Position numbers and translations under genes: made by a program. Positions 1 to 35,280 of a DNA stretch of 64,000 nucleotides are shown one piece after another (positions within the stretch are counted from its first letter, which is position 1; the number at the start of each line of letters is the position of its first letter). The stretch comes from Amoebidium appalachense (taxonomy: Eukaryota; Protista; Ichthyosporea), in contig CAVNZM010000002.1 in NCBI GenBank assembly GCA_963693365.1, forward strand, positions 14,107,615-14,171,614. Reading direction: 5' to 3'. Below the pieces are notes generated by a model. The model saw nothing but the letters and a program-made list of their open reading frames with translations. It made no database searches and was not told where the DNA came from.

Positions 1-215
1 GTGCCTTAAAAGTTTTTCCGTCTTCCACTCGTCGTTGAGAATCTTCCCTATGTATTCGTTGAATTGCCCGGACTCTCTATATTTTTTGCAATATGACGTA
101 GCGAAAGCTGCGCTGTGCGTAATGGAACACTAAGAGGTGTGAATGCCTGGTGGCGTACCGTACGTGTATACACAGAGAAGGGATCGTGAACATCGCAATT
201 GCCGTTACTCCTTAC

Positions 216-341
216 CTTTATCTGGATCAATTTCTTAGTATCTGGGGCGTTGGGATCTGGCGTGTAGTCGTATAACGCACGCACTCTCTTTTTTGGAGGT
301 TGAGCAGATGTAGTTGCTTGATTGGAGGTCGATGCATCCAT
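216..341 (-). CDS. First coding exon of an SH3-domain protein (gene continues off the left edge)
   Basis: MDAST...KKRVRALYDYTPDPNAPDTKKLIQIK carries the SH3 'RALYDY' signature. The 42 codons end at a GTAAG donor (cttac at 211-215). Downstream exons were not resolved. Confidence 0.7.
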
Positions 342-1531
342 TTTCTTTTGATAATTTTCTAAAAGTGCAACGAGCAGGTATAAGGGTGAAACAGCGCTCG
401 GAAACAGAAGAAGAATTTGGATCTAGTAAGTATATTCAAACGCTCGATCTCTACACCTAAAGTATGACACAACCAAAACGTTTGCCTGCACCAAGATCTA
501 TACTACAGCCCTAAACGTTAAAGGCTCCTGTCTATTCTTTTGCAGAGGAAAAGCACGTATTTGTGAGCTGAGTCGCGGCTTCGCCCTTCACTCTACAACA
601 CTATTACAACAGTCGTCCTGTCGAGTGTTTGTTGTGCCAAAAATCGTAGTAAGCCATGCATACAAAAGGAGGCCAGAAACGGTTCTCCCAACCTACTCTT
701 CAAAAAGGCAGGCCATGTAAAGAAACATTCAAACTTGAGAGTTGTAACTTACGTTGACTGCTGCAGAGGCAGCTGAAGATACAAACTTCAGCAGACGTGC
801 GCCAAAAGCATGGGTGCGCTCCTAAGCAATCGGAAGGCAGGAATAATAGCTAAATTTGGATCGACAAGTTAGCGAAAGAGGTGTGAATGCGACTGCCAAC
901 CTGTGTGTGTGTGTGTGTGCGCGTGCGCACGCGTGTGTGTGCGTGTGTATGAGGGTCGAGGGCGAAAAAAGGGGGGCGGGATCGAACCGTTGGCAAAGGA
1001 CATCATGAAAAGGTCGATGTTATTTTATGAGTTAGAATGTGATCACGCATTCGAGGTTCGTCGCACGAAAATACCCTACATATCTTGAAAACGGACGGTG
1101 ATTTATTTTGAATCAATACTTGAAATACATCTTGAGTTACCTTTGAGATAAGTACTAAACCACTCTTTCGTTCTTTAAGCCGAAGAAATGTAGTTACTAA
1201 AGCCTTCCAACTGCTGTAAGTTTTAATTGCCTTTCGACGGTCACCACAAATAAACTTGCATACGCATAATTTAGATCCTCTTCCAGCACGAATCGGAAAT
1301 ATGTTCCTAGCTTTTCCTGCGAACATGATTCGATGTATTTACACACACAAATATATATATAACGATATTTATACATACATACGTGTGCACTAATCTTCTT
1401 GCCATACATCAGACTAAGGCTAATCCAAGCATACGTTTCAGTCCTCTATCAACTCACTACATCATTCGCACCCATTCTCTCCTCCAATTCTGCATTCATG
1501 CCACAAAGTCAGCTCATGCACGACCAAGTCA

Positions 1532-2758
1532 CTAAGCGTGAGCCATCAATGGGCTAGCAGGTCCAAGATTAATGGATCTAGAGTCCGCATGAGAATGGGC
1601 CAAAAACCTAAACAGCTTGGACAGATGTGCCTTGCCTTTCCTCTCTTTCTTCTCACCTCGAACCACGAATGCTCCGGACTCGCTCGTTACTCCTCCCAGC
1701 CCAGTGAAAGAGCCATTCGACCCGCTGTTCACACTGTCGATGCTCATCCTGTGCACCCGTGTTCCATACGACGACCGTGCTGTTTGAACTGTAGCCGCAT
1801 GGTTTGACACGGGTGCAAGTGACGTGGCACGAGCCTGCATGTTTGCTGCCGAAGTGGGACCAAACTCAGTCGGCATGCGGACAACCGGGGCAGATGGGCG
1901 ACCTTGTTGTGTGGGTCGTGCGGTTGCTCTCGCTGTTATCTCAGACATTCGTGCCCGCATGGAAGCCCGTGTGTTCGTCGAACGAAACATACGTGCACTT
2001 TTCTGGACTATCGGACTTGTTGCTTGCTTCCCCTTGACGTAAACCCGCTCAACAGATGTGTTGTTTGAGGTAAGGTGGGCGTCTAGTGCAAGTGTCTCGT
2101 TGGCAAACACATAGATTTTCGACTTTTTCACATTTGGCATGCGCATGATTCGCCTGCACCCTTCGATCAGCTGGTTTGCCTGCTCTGGCCTCATGCACGA
2201 TAGTGATATGTCCTGTTTTTCGGCTCGTGCGCACTCCAGTAAAATGAACAATTGCTGGTCTCCCATCTCCAGAGTGCAGTAGCTGTTTAGTTGCACTATG
2301 ACATCTCCAACTGACACACCCGCACGTTCGGCTGGAGAAAAAGGCAGCACAGATGAAACACGTCCCTCGGAGAATTCAAGACCAAGACTCTCTCCATTTT
2401 GTGCACGTGCCACCTTGAAACAAGAAGGATTTTCGTCGACCGTTAACTGGACTTCTGATGCTGCCTGAAGTTGGGAATATGCTCTACAAATGCCAAGGTC
2501 ACTCGACTCTACGGGTGTGTGGTTAATTGCCTCAAGCCTGTTGCCAAAAGAAATACCGGACCTGTAAGCTGGTGTGAGAGCGAATTTCTGTGTGTATTGC
2601 TCCACCCTAACAACATGAACTGACTGACCAACCGTGCAAAGGAAAAAGCCAAAGGGAACACCTTGTGGTTTACAAATCACTATCTCTCTACTTCCTGGGA
2701 GATTCAAAGGCCCATGGAAAAGGGATCTCAATGAACTGTGTCCACGTGATATCCCCAT
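1532..2758 (-). CDS. Syntenin-like tandem PDZ-domain protein, single ORF, 408 aa
   Basis: REIVICKPQGVPFGFFL...TPAYRSGISFGNRLEAIN (PDZ1) and GESLGLEFSEGRVSSVLPFSPAERAGVSVGDVIVQLN (PDZ2) are colinear with syntenin PDZ1-PDZ2. A Ser/Arg-rich tail follows. Confidence 0.8.
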   Translation of the reverse strand: MGISRGHSSLRSLFHGPLNLPGSREIVICKPQGVPFGFFLCTVGQSVHVVRVEQYTQKFALTPAYRSGISFGNRLEAINHTPVESSDLGICRAYSQLQAASEVQLTVDENPSCFKVARAQNGESLGLEFSEGRVSSVLPFSPAERAGVSVGDVIVQLNSYCTLEMGDQQLFILLECARAEKQDISLSCMRPEQANQLIEGCRRIMRMPNVKKSKIYVFANETLALDAHLTSNNTSVERVYVKGKQATSPIVQKSARMFRSTNTRASMRARMSEITARATARPTQQGRPSAPVVRMPTEFGPTSAANMQARATSLAPVSNHAATVQTARSSYGTRVHRMSIDSVNSGSNGSFTGLGGVTSESGAFVVRGEKKERKGKAHLSKLFRFLAHSHADSRSINLGPASPLMAHA

Positions 2759-3931
2759 TATTATTTCTTTACCATGTAGACAGCTTAGTGAGAGAGAGAG
2801 ATTGTTTGTGCTTGTGCAGGTCCTGTTGATATCGAATCCTTTCTACGGGTCATGATGCATGTGTCAATATGTATATGCCAGCTGTGAACATTTGAGCGTG
2901 CCCTAGCAAGGGCTTCAAGTGAGCCACTTGTACACGTTTGTAGCGTGCACTGGCATGTTTGTGTGTGCGCGCATGTGGTTGGGGGGTTGGGGTAAAAGCC
3001 TCTGTGGAAAGGAGTGGAAGGCCGGCTATCGGTGTGCGTGCAACTTGTGACCGTGGGTGTCACTTTTGCTTGTGACAGAACGCACCGGCCAACAAAATGT
3101 TGGTTTTCGAGGATAGAACAATACTGATAGTACAAGTATGACCTTATATGACAAAGAGGGATAACAGCTACCAAAGCTTCATCAACTCAACCCTGCTGTT
3201 TTCGTGTTCAAAAACAGGCTTAATGTATTTAGATTATTAATGAATGATCGATAAGAACAACTTTGCCCTTTTTAGGTTGCAACTCAGTCGTTATCATTCC
3301 ACTTGTACATGCTCTCATTCAATTCTCAAGAATGGTGGTACTGTAAGGAGGAAAGACAGCAACGAGGTGCTTTTTCGCCCCAATCTATTTCGGGTATCAA
3401 CCAATTAGAAAGCGTAAAGTTTTAGTAACAAATTAATGATTGGATAAGCTGCAACCAGCCAGGGTGAGCTCCAACCCAATCACTAACCTGGAATGTTTTA
3501 TGCGGGATATTCTTTGTACTGGATAGTCCTGTCTCTCTGCCCGAAAACATGTACAGTAGGTCGGCACAGGCTGTGCGGCAGCCGTGCACACGGTTGCAAA
3601 ATTCTATCTAAATGCAGTACATTAATATTATGGGATTCAACTTGATCATGGTCATATCCATTCGCCTGTTCGTGAGTAGCCGTGCGACAGTATCCATTTC
3701 AACCGTTAGCACACCAGCGTCACTGCGTACTGAAATAGATCATCGATGCCGGCCTGAGTCCTAGATACCGAATGATACTTGCTCTAGATACATCAAATGG
3801 AAAATGAGATAGGCGCTGGCCCACTCAGTGATCGATGATCATGATCAGACGTCAGATAGCCTGGCCTTGAACTGGGTCGGTACTACACGCGTACGGCCAC
3901 GAGATCTCATGACGGGCTGTCCGAGCCCAGC

Positions 3932-3932
<1 letters not shown>

Positions 3933-3975
<43 letters not shown>

Positions 3976-4328
3976 ACTCCTCTCTCTCTCTCTTTCTCTC
4001 CCCCCCGGCCTCTCTCTCTAGGGGGGAGGAGGAGGGGAGAGTCGATCGCGAGAGAGAGAGAGAGAGAGGAGGGGGGGGGGGGGGGGGGGGGAGAGAGAGA
4101 CAGAGAAAGGAGAGAGAGAGTGTGTGTGTGTGTGTGTGTGCGCCAAGCGTACGCCGTGTGTATGTGTGTGTGTGTGAGGGAGCGAGCGAGCGAGCTAGAC
4201 CGGGGAGGGAGAGACGGGGGAGGAGGGGGGGATGGAGGGTGGGTGGAGAGAGGGTGAAGAGAGAGCCTCGGAGAGCCTCGGGGAGAGAGAGAGAGAGTGA
4301 GAGAGAGAGAGAGAGGGGGGGGGGGGGG

Positions 4329-4373
<45 letters not shown>

Positions 4374-4408
4374 TAGAGAGATAGGGGGGAGGGGGGGGGG
4401 GGGGAGGG
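3933..4408. repeat. Compound simple-repeat block: poly-C, (CT)n, poly-G, (GA)n, (GT)n
   Basis: Directly visible. Representative of dozens of similar tracts in the window. Confidence 0.95.
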
Positions 4409-4960
4409 ACAGTCGGAGGGAAAGAGGACCCACACGTTGCCACATTGACTGAGCACCAAAAGACACCAACCCTCCTTGGCATGTGGCATAAATTTGCATT
4501 CACAGAACTTCAACACTGACAATTTTTGTTTGCATTACCGCTAACCACCCATATTCCCACACCACATTAAGTACATGCAACCCCAAACTCTATGATGAGA
4601 TTTGGGGAGAAATGTTCAATATTTATAAACCAAAAAAAAAAAAGCCGGAAAAGTGTGCAATGGTAAACGTTGAGCATTCGTGCCCATGATTCATATGACA
4701 AAGCCATATTTATATTATATATAGCTGCTGTGTAGAGCAAATGTTTTATGTCCCATGATGGCAATGATCATATAACGCTGCAAACGGGCAAGAGACCATG
4801 TTTGATTGCCAGTGTCTGACTGAAACTGCAGAGCACATCATCCAAGTACAATTTGCAAACATAATATGTATCTGTTGTTAGTAAGGACACAGTAAAACTA
4901 CATGCTACATGTTCACAAATGCATCAACAGCGCAAACGACTAATATTAGTCAACAACAGT

Positions 4961-12644
<7,684 letters not shown>

Positions 12645-12982
12645 CTGTTTTTTTTTTTTTTTTTTTTTGTTTGTTTGTTTGTTTGTTTGTTGTTTGTTTG
12701 TTTGTTTGTTTGTTTTATTTTGTTTGGGTGGGGGGAGGGGCAAGGGGGGGAGGGGGGGAGGAAAACACAGGAAAGAGTTGCATGGGTGGGTGTTGAGCGT
12801 GAAAAAAGAAAAACACGGGGGGGAGGGGGGGGGGGGAGGGAGGGAGGGGGGGGGACGATGAGTACGTTTGATCGTGTGGTGTGACTGCATGTATGTGTGT
12901 GCCTTGGTTTATTCCTCTTCGAGAACAGGACGGGGGGAGGGTGTGGAGGGTGACCCAGGGGCACGAGGGGGGGAGAGGGGAA

Positions 12983-13015
<33 letters not shown>

Positions 13016-13573
13016 GATGGGGGGGGGGAAGAGAAGACTTAGCGAGAGAAACTGTTGCAAAGAGAGAAAGAGACGTGAATGGGTACCGGTAGTGCAGTGT
13101 CGTAAGGAGGTGGGGTGGAGATTATAAGGAATGTAGTGGATCCAGAATCACAAGATGCTTCTCAAAACGGCGAGTAGACATCAAAGAAATTGTTCAGGGC
13201 TCAGGAAACACTGAAAGGAAGAAGGACAAACGTCATGGCACTGCTTTATACAATAGATTTCCTTGCCTTATACAGTTGAGCAAAGTTGGGCAACAAAAAC
13301 GTGGGCAAGTTAAAAAGACGGATCTACAGCAAATTATTGCTAGATTCCCTCCTTATTACAACCCCCTAGTCACCCCGTGCTTCTCCCCTATGCACACGTT
13401 TTTATTCTCACGACAGAATTCCCCATTTTGACAACCTTGCCACTATGACCCTCCACCGCTCCCCTCTGGCTCTTTCTGGTTCTCTATCTCTCCCCCTGTT
13501 TCCATGGCCCCCCCCCCCCCCCCCCCCCTCTCGTGCCCTGTCTCTGTCTCTGTCTCTTTCTCTCTCTCTCCCT

Positions 13574-13628
<55 letters not shown>

Positions 13629-14146
13629 TGTGTGTGTACGCGCACGCGGGTCTCTCTCTCTCTCTCGCTCTCTGTCTGTGTATGTGAGTCTCCCCCTCTC
13701 TCTCTCTCTGTGTGTGTGTGTGTCTGTGTGTGTGTGTGTGTTTATCTCTCTCTCTCTCTCTTTTGCCTCCCCCTCCTCTCTTTCTCTCCCCCCCCTCCCT
13801 TCCCCCATCTCTCCCTCCCTCTCGCTCTCTCTCTCTCTCCCTCTCCCTCTCCCTCTCCCTCCTCCCTCCCTACCTCACTCCCTCCCCCTCTCCTCCTTTA
13901 TTTCATATTTCTTTGTGCAACAACCGTCTTGCAAAAGCAAATGCTGCACCAAGGAGACAAGATGCTCTATTCTGCTCGTAATCACTGTACAACATGCAGC
14001 AACCATGCAAGGACGGTTCACCAATCCTTCATAGCTTCACAAGGACAGGAAGTATTTGGCTGGAGGCATTACTGAGGCCTGGAGGAGGATCGAGGCAGAG
14101 ATGAATGATGGTGGAAGTGGCCGTGGTGGTTCTAGTGGGTGGGTGG

Positions 14147-14181
<35 letters not shown>

Positions 14182-15401
14182 ATGGGTGCGAGTAAGATTA
14201 CCTGTATTCTTTGGCATGTTGGCTTTCTCAATACTGCGCTACATTGGCTGTCGTTTTGTTCCTACAGCAAATCATACACTGTTATAAAGGGCTGCTGATC
14301 CGACAGGAAGAGACCGTTTTTTGGTTTAGGATAAGGGCGGGCACTAATTCGAAGAACTGACCTGTCTTTTGCGCTGTATATGTACTTTCACCAGTCACAG
14401 GAACGGATGTGCAGTTACTGTCTCTAACCCGCCGTCTATTCAATACTATATTTAGGTGCTTGAATACTAATTATGTTTCTATTACTACCGTAGCTTCGGT
14501 TTTCGACTTCACAGGCCTCAGCTGGGCTCACCGGCACCGGCAAACATCCACAGCTCGATTTCTAAATTTGCGTAACGGGTGAGCGCCAAAAAAGCATTAA
14601 AAAACGGACGCATCGTATGTAGTCTAAATCGCGTAGACCCATGCCGTCATTAGTCTACCCCGGAGAGCTTGATTGGGCCCGGTGACAGGTGGCCAAAAAA
14701 TAAAAATCGAGAGAAAAGCCTGAGAAAGAGGAGAAGAAAGAGTTGCATCTCCATAAAAAAAAATTATATAAAAAAGTAGGAATATGGATGTATATCTCGT
14801 TATCTAGCTTTTTACCTTGCGCATGCTATATTAGGCCGTTAGCAGCTACTATTTTTAGCCTGAAGGCACCTAATATTAGGCTGACGACCCGGTACCGTTG
14901 AAGAGTCGGCAAAAGCATGCTGTATATCTCGATAAAAAGATTTTCACGTTTTCGTGTATTTTTGTTTTCATTTCTGGTCTATAGCGGTAGCAGGCTCCAG
15001 GCCTGTTTGCACCATGATGCATATGTTTACCCACATGGGATAAACTCGAGTGTAATTCGAGTGTGCAACAACTGTATGAAACCATTATAGAACCATAGCT
15101 ATGATGGGCAACTGTATACCATGGCACGGGCCGCATTTATAAAAAAACAAAGAAACTTTGGTCATAAACTAGGAAAGAACCCCCCCTCCCCCCCCCCCCC
15201 CCCCCCCCACCACCACCACCACCACCACCACCACCACCACCGAAGAAAAAGAACAGAAAGAAAAAAGGAAGAAGAAAGAGAAGGGCAGAACAACACCCCT
15301 CCCCAAACCCCCCACACAAATCGCAACTAGAAACCTTGAAGAATACAAATTCCATACCACGTTGCTTTTTACAAACCAGTGTACAATTTCATAGTTGCAA
15401 C

Positions 15402-15456
<55 letters not shown>

Positions 15457-15706
15457 GGGGGGGGGGGGGGGAGGAGGGGAAAAAAACAACATAAAAGAAA
15501 TCATAGCTCGACTATAAAAACTGCCATGTAAACAACTGGAAATATACATCATATCCTGTCAGTAAATTCCAAGCTGCTATTCAGACACCTGTACAAACAG
15601 ACCAGCGACTCAGGTGCCTGGAAAGAAAAAAAAAACATCCTATCCTTTCCCACACCACACCACTCTTCAGCCCCTACTCTTATCCACACTTTCGGGTGGG
15701 CAGGCT

Positions 15707-29171
<13,465 letters not shown>

Positions 29172-29965
29172 GGTTGCGGCTGCTCGTAACAACCACTACA
29201 GGCTTCCTCCTCTCCTGTCCCAATTGACTACACCTTTCCACGAAAATCTACCTTGCCTGTCTCTCCAATTACTCGGTCATAAACGGACGACCAGGTGCCA
29301 TGTACACTGTTTATTTGCACCTAACAGACTCTACCTTCTATTTTCCAATAACCTTAAAAAGGGTACACTAGATAATATGTGATATTTTGACAACATGCAC
29401 GTGCGTGCACTCAATAATTCTCTCCGCCTGTGTGCGTTTGTGTGTACACGTGCAAGTGTGACTGAGCCTGTGTGCATTCCCTATAGATCATTCAGTTTCC
29501 CCCTAGATCTGAAACTGTGAGAAACCTAAATATAGAACCATCTTCTGAAAACTGCTCCTATAAATAAGCTCTTGTTGGCCCGCTGATGCATATGATAGCG
29601 CAAACACAGCGGATAGAGAGAGCTTCGGAAAGAATTCGAAAAGAGGGAGAGATATCTCAGGACTCATTGCTTTCCTACGCTTACGTTCGTAAGTTCTTTG
29701 CTTGTTTTTGGCTCGCCACGATTATAAAGGAAAATTCCGACGCTGTCCCTGACAGCAAGAGCATTTTAATTGCATGCTAATTACCACACACCCCGGATCC
29801 TAGTATTAGGGTTAGTTTTCGCATCATCAGCATTATTGCATAGCTCAGATGGTAAGCCATCACTATACTGATGCAACAAAGCTGTTACCCATATAGTGAA
29901 CGTTTGAACTTGCTCCGTGTTTGGGATTTAAAAGCAGGTTAAGTGCATCTTCAGAAGGAGAAGCC
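29172..29965. promoter_or_regulatory. Head-to-head intergenic region between PUM3 and COMMD10 (probable bidirectional promoter)
   Basis: Divergent start codons ~0.8 kb apart with no long microsatellites between them. Inferred from arrangement only. Confidence 0.4.
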
Positions 29966-30592
29966 ATGGATCTGAAAGCCACACCAAGCGTCACTGATGC
30001 CGTTCATTCCTTCAACACACTAGACCCAAGCAAACTACACCTATTTTTGGCTCGAATTATCCAACGTCTACACCTGAGAGACACACCCGCGTTCACATCA
30101 GAAGAACGAGAAAAGCTCTCTACATCCCTCTGTGTCCCAGTACACTCAACTCCTAATCTAGTTGAAACATGTGAGTATATTTTCCAGGAGGCTGCATACA
30201 AAGATGCAACAGCAAAAGAGCTCGCGGACGCTTTGACATCAATCAGTTTAGCGACGGAAAGAACGGAAGTTTTTTGTTCTGTGTGGGAGAGCCTACGTGA
30301 GGATTTGCGCCAGAGATTAGAGCAACATTCCTTTCACCCGCGACAACTGGAAAGTGTAAATTGGGAACTGAGGCTCCAAATGGCAACGGAAAGTCGTGCA
30401 CAGCTTAACACACCTACTGGGCTATTAAGATTCTCTTGCCTAGACAGGGGTAAGGAGTTGAAGGGGAGTAGTGGTTCTGTAGATAGGCCCGTTAGTGGTC
30501 TGACGATAGAAGTAAACCAAGCACAGCTTTTTGAGTTGTTTTTGTCCCTAGAGGCTATACAGCAGCAGTTGGATGAACTCACACAAGCATAG
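29966..30592 (+). CDS. COMMD10: COMM domain-containing protein 10, single ORF
   Basis: MDLKATPSVTDAV...LARIIQRLHL..AFTSEEREKL...RQLESVNWELRLQMATESRAQLNTPTGLL...EVNQAQLFELFLSLEAIQQQLDELT matches COMMD10. Confidence 0.9.
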   Translation: MDLKATPSVTDAVHSFNTLDPSKLHLFLARIIQRLHLRDTPAFTSEEREKLSTSLCVPVHSTPNLVETCEYIFQEAAYKDATAKELADALTSISLATERTEVFCSVWESLREDLRQRLEQHSFHPRQLESVNWELRLQMATESRAQLNTPTGLLRFSCLDRGKELKGSSGSVDRPVSGLTIEVNQAQLFELFLSLEAIQQQLDELTQA

Positions 30593-31370
30593 GTTCCTAA
30601 GGATATCTCCCTCCTCTTCCTTATGTCTTGATGCTTCATTCATTCCCTACTCAAACCTAACATAAACTGGTTATTCTTTCTCATCCTTGAGTAGTATTTT
30701 TGTCCGTTTGGTGCGGGTTACCAGACCGGAGGTATAGTTCAGAGGAGGATATTAGCTGGAGCCACCAACTTATCAACCTACAAAACTTGAAAAAACGTGC
30801 TAAACACAGATCTGCAGGCCAGAGAGTGTGTTGGGTCGTAGCCATGGTAAGCCCAATCTGCCCCACACCAGACTTGGTTTGCAGGCCAACACAATCGCAT
30901 ACACGTGCCTAGGTATAAAAACATGTGTGCACACACTTCAGTACGGTCTTTGCTAAGCTCCGGAATCACATGGTCTTCTTGTGCAGCAAGGCAGGCTTTT
31001 TTTTTTTCCTTTTTTTCCTTTTTTTTTTTGGGGGGGGGGGGGGGAGGGGAGGGGGGGGAGGGGGGGAGGGGGGGGGGGGGGGGGGGGAGAGACAGGGGGA
31101 TCTGTGTACTCCCCCCCCCTGTCCCGGGGGGGGGGGGGGGGGGGGGGGGGGGGAGGGACAGACTGTGAGGGCCGGATGGGACTCAGGTGTGAAGTGCAAC
31201 GAAGCCAGTGGAAACAACTTTGAGCATACTGCAGAGTATATAGGACGACATATACACACGGGGACCCCCAAACGAAATTGTAGTTCTTTCTTTTTCTTCT
31301 AGCATGTGAAGCTTTTCGTCCTTTCCTTTTTCTTTTTCTTTGCTTTTCTTTTTTTAAAGGTTTAGCTTCT

Positions 31371-31420
<50 letters not shown>

Positions 31421-31441
31421 TTGTGTGTGCGTGTGTGGGCG

Positions 31442-31488
<47 letters not shown>

Positions 31489-31517
31489 CTTGAGCGGGTG
31501 TCTTAGGCGCATGCCCG

Positions 31518-31553
<36 letters not shown>

Positions 31554-34403
31554 TTTGGGAGGGATGGAGGGGGGGGGGGGGGGGGGGGGGGTTACCTGTA
31601 GCACTCCACGACTACATTTGGGCTTTTTTATGATTTGCAGCATAAGACAGAACTAACACTTCAACCGAACAGTGCTGTGGCCAACCTGGAGGGGAGAGAG
31701 GGGACGGGGGGGGGAGAGGGGGGGGGGGGGGGGGGGGGGGGGGGATCGTTCGTATTGATTGTTTTGAGGTATCGATCCGGAGAAATGAACACTGTACCAG
31801 CCGCCGGGGCCGCCTAGGGAGGAGGGGATGCGAAGCAGCAGCCTGACTGGCGAGGGGGTTTATAATATACTTGTGATTTGTCCAGGTGCAGGTGATAGTG
31901 TTGGTGGGGCAGGGGCAGGTTTGTGAGGATACTGAGCATATCTGCTCGATGACAAAGGGAGGGGGGGGGGAGGGGGGGGGAGGGGGGAGCGAGGACAGGA
32001 GGAGGGAACAAGAGGACGAAGGGAAGGATGGTGGTGGGGGGAAGGGGGAAGGGGGGCGTGTGTGTGTGGGGGGGAGGGGGGGGGGGGAATTGAATCACTC
32101 ATTTGTTGATTTGGGAGGGGGGGGGGGGGGGGGGGGGGGGGATACCTGCATCGTGGCACTGCCCGGGGGGGGGGGGGGGGGGGGGGGGGGATCCAGGTTT
32201 ATTTTTATTTTTTATTTTTTTTGTGGGGGGGGGAGGGGGCAGGGGATTCGAAGAAAACTGGTCGAGATGAACTATGTAATGGACTTAAGGCAAATATTCA
32301 TCGGAACTGTGCCATTATGGATCGGATGATAGATAAATTTTAATAGTGAACCATACAGTAGACGATTACCCAACGAGAAAGAGGGGGGGGGGGGGCTGCA
32401 TACATAAGGCTTTGGGTGTGCTTATATAATTTCTATTTGTCTCAAATTCGCACAAACAGTCCGACTGCTAGAATGCCTAGCCAGTAGCAGTGGGCCAAAG
32501 CAAGTATTTGAGCGAATCAGATTCGAGGAATTGGTACCCCTAAGCTGCACAGTCATACAATTAGAGTTCCTAATACATCCATGGCAGGATACAACAATAG
32601 GAGTCGTTCTGCCAGCCTTTCCGATGCCAACTAACTCCATAGCCACTTTCCAGGCCCGCCCCTCTCCTCCCTCACCCCCGCCTGGCCCACGTGTTACACT
32701 AACGCACACACAACCATGCACACAAAATGCTGAAAAGATTATAAGAACAGCTAGAAAATGCGAGCACTTCTAGACGTTCACATATTGCAAATTCCTGACA
32801 AACCTGATCTCTCTCTCTCCCTCCCTTCCTCCCTCCCTCCCTCTCCCCCCCCCCCTCTCTCTCTCTCTCTCCCCCCCCCCTCCCCCTCCCCCCTCTATTT
32901 CTCGTATCCACTGGACCGGCGTGGCTGGGGTGAATACCCTGGGCTAAGTGTGTGCAAATAATTGGGATTGTTTAAAGGCGTATTAGCTTAGCTAATAATA
33001 CAGTAGCACCCTAGCTAGAGTACTGTCGGTGCTGGGTAGAAGACGGTAGTTCCCTCTGAGGGGCCCAAGGGGTCTCTCCGGGAACAAACCGGGATAAAAA
33101 AAAAACAAAAAAAACGTCTCTTTCTCTGTGTGTGTGTCTCTTTCTCTCCCCTTCTCTCTCACTCTTCTCCCTCTTTCTCTCTTTCCCCTTCATTCTCTCC
33201 TCTCTCTCTCTCTCTCTCCCCCCCCCCCCCCCCCCCTCTCTCTCTCCCCCCTCCTCTCTCCCTCTCTACCGCCCGCCTTCCCTCCCCTCCTCGGTCCCTC
33301 CCTCCGTCGCTCCATCCCTCCGTCGTTTGTGTGCGTTAGGCAAGGGGGGGCTGGAAGGGGAAGGGATGTGTTTGAGTGTGTGTGTGCGCGTGTTTGTGTG
33401 CGTGTATGTGTGAGGGCTACGGATCGTGTGTGGGTTGTGTTTGACCTACGCAGGCGAATGTGATTATTAGTGAAAAATGTGTTCGTGTGTGTATTTTCTT
33501 GTCAGTGTATCATCTGTTTGTGTTAGGCTGTGTGCGTTAATCTGTCAGTGCTCGTTCATCCCCCCCCTCCCCCCCCCCTCCCCCAGGGCCTCTCCCTCTC
33601 CCTTTCTCGATACACCAAATTTGAATATGCTATTTATGTGACCCCCCCCCCCCCCCTCCCCTCCTTCCCCCCTCCCCCTCCTACTATGCACCACCCCCCA
33701 AAAAAATTTGACTCGTTGCCCTCATTTACAGATACTGCGTAGTGTGGAAGTATATTCGACACACATGCATTCCATCTTTTACGCCGGGCTGTTGGGTGGG
33801 CCCTTTTAGGAGGAAAAGGGGGGGGGAGAGGAAGGGAGGGGAGGGGGGGGGGGGGGGGGGTGGTGTGGAGGGGGGGGGGGGGGGGGGGGGAGGGGGATAA
33901 AAAAGAATCAGAAGAAGAAAGAAAGGAAAAATGGGGGAAGAAAAAGAAGAAAAGAAGCCCTGAAAAGTTGCGAGTCTTAGAGGGAAGGGAGTAGGGCATA
34001 AGATACCGAAGAACCGCCCACCGACCATCTGTGGACATAGGGCTCTACGTTCAACTTCGAACTTTCGCTACATTTGTGGGTGGGTAGTCGTTGATGCTAT
34101 ATGCAGTTGAGCAGCATGGCCTTAAGAGCCATCGAAGCTCACACTGAGAGCCATCCACCCCATCAAGCCCAGAGCTGCAAAAGAGCTTCGGAGTTAAAAT
34201 TTGAAAGGAAATGATTGTGGGACACAAACCATCAAAAACGAAAACCCAAACAAACATCTGATTTGGATCTGAAACTTAACAGCGAATCGGAATCTCAGAT
34301 TGGACTGCGCATCCAGCGTTTATGGTCAGGTATAAGGGTGGGGTTTAATTTCAGAGAGTGACTAAGGTGACGAAGAGAAAGTTGTGTGTGTGTGTGTGTG
34401 TGC

Positions 34404-34451
<48 letters not shown>

Positions 34452-34459
34452 GTGTGTGG

Positions 34460-34490
<31 letters not shown>

Positions 34491-34883
34491 AGAAGGGTGT
34501 GCTTTGATTGTTCGAGATTCGTAATTTGGACTTTGCATCTGAATTTGCCAAAAACAAAATGCAGCAGATCTAGATGGGACTGGAAAACCCAAGTCTTGCC
34601 TTGTAAATGTTTGTTACCTCGCACAGCAAGAAATGGTATCATAAAGGGGTCTTTTTATTCTTCTTTTATTTCGATCGGAAGACAATTGTGTCGTACTTAT
34701 AGGCTGATGGTGTTTTTTATGCTTGATCGAGGCCCTTTTCCTAGATGCTCATGGAAGCACAGGGAATCCAGCATGATACTATTACTTTTATTTGGTAGTT
34801 GGGTCCGTAGACGCACCTAGGAGCCTAGGGGAAGGGTGGGGAGGGGACTCTCTCTCTCTCTCTCTCCCTTCTCCCCCTCCCCC

Positions 34884-34933
<50 letters not shown>

Positions 34934-35011
34934 CTCACTCACTCTTTCTTTCTCTCTCTCCCTTACCCCCGGCTCTCTTTCTTTCTCTCTCTCTCTCCCT
35001 CTCTCCCCCCC

Positions 35012-35057
<46 letters not shown>

Positions 35058-35089
35058 CTCAAGTCGCCCTCTCTCTGTTCCCCCTTCCC

Positions 35090-35130
<41 letters not shown>

Positions 35131-35239
35131 GGGGGGGGGGGGGGGGGGGGGGGGGAGAGGGAGGGTTATAAATGGATGTGGGCCTTGGGGTCAGGCGCAG
35201 ACAGGAATTTGTGGGGAAGTTGGAAGGAGATGGCGCACA

Positions 35240-35280
<41 letters not shown>

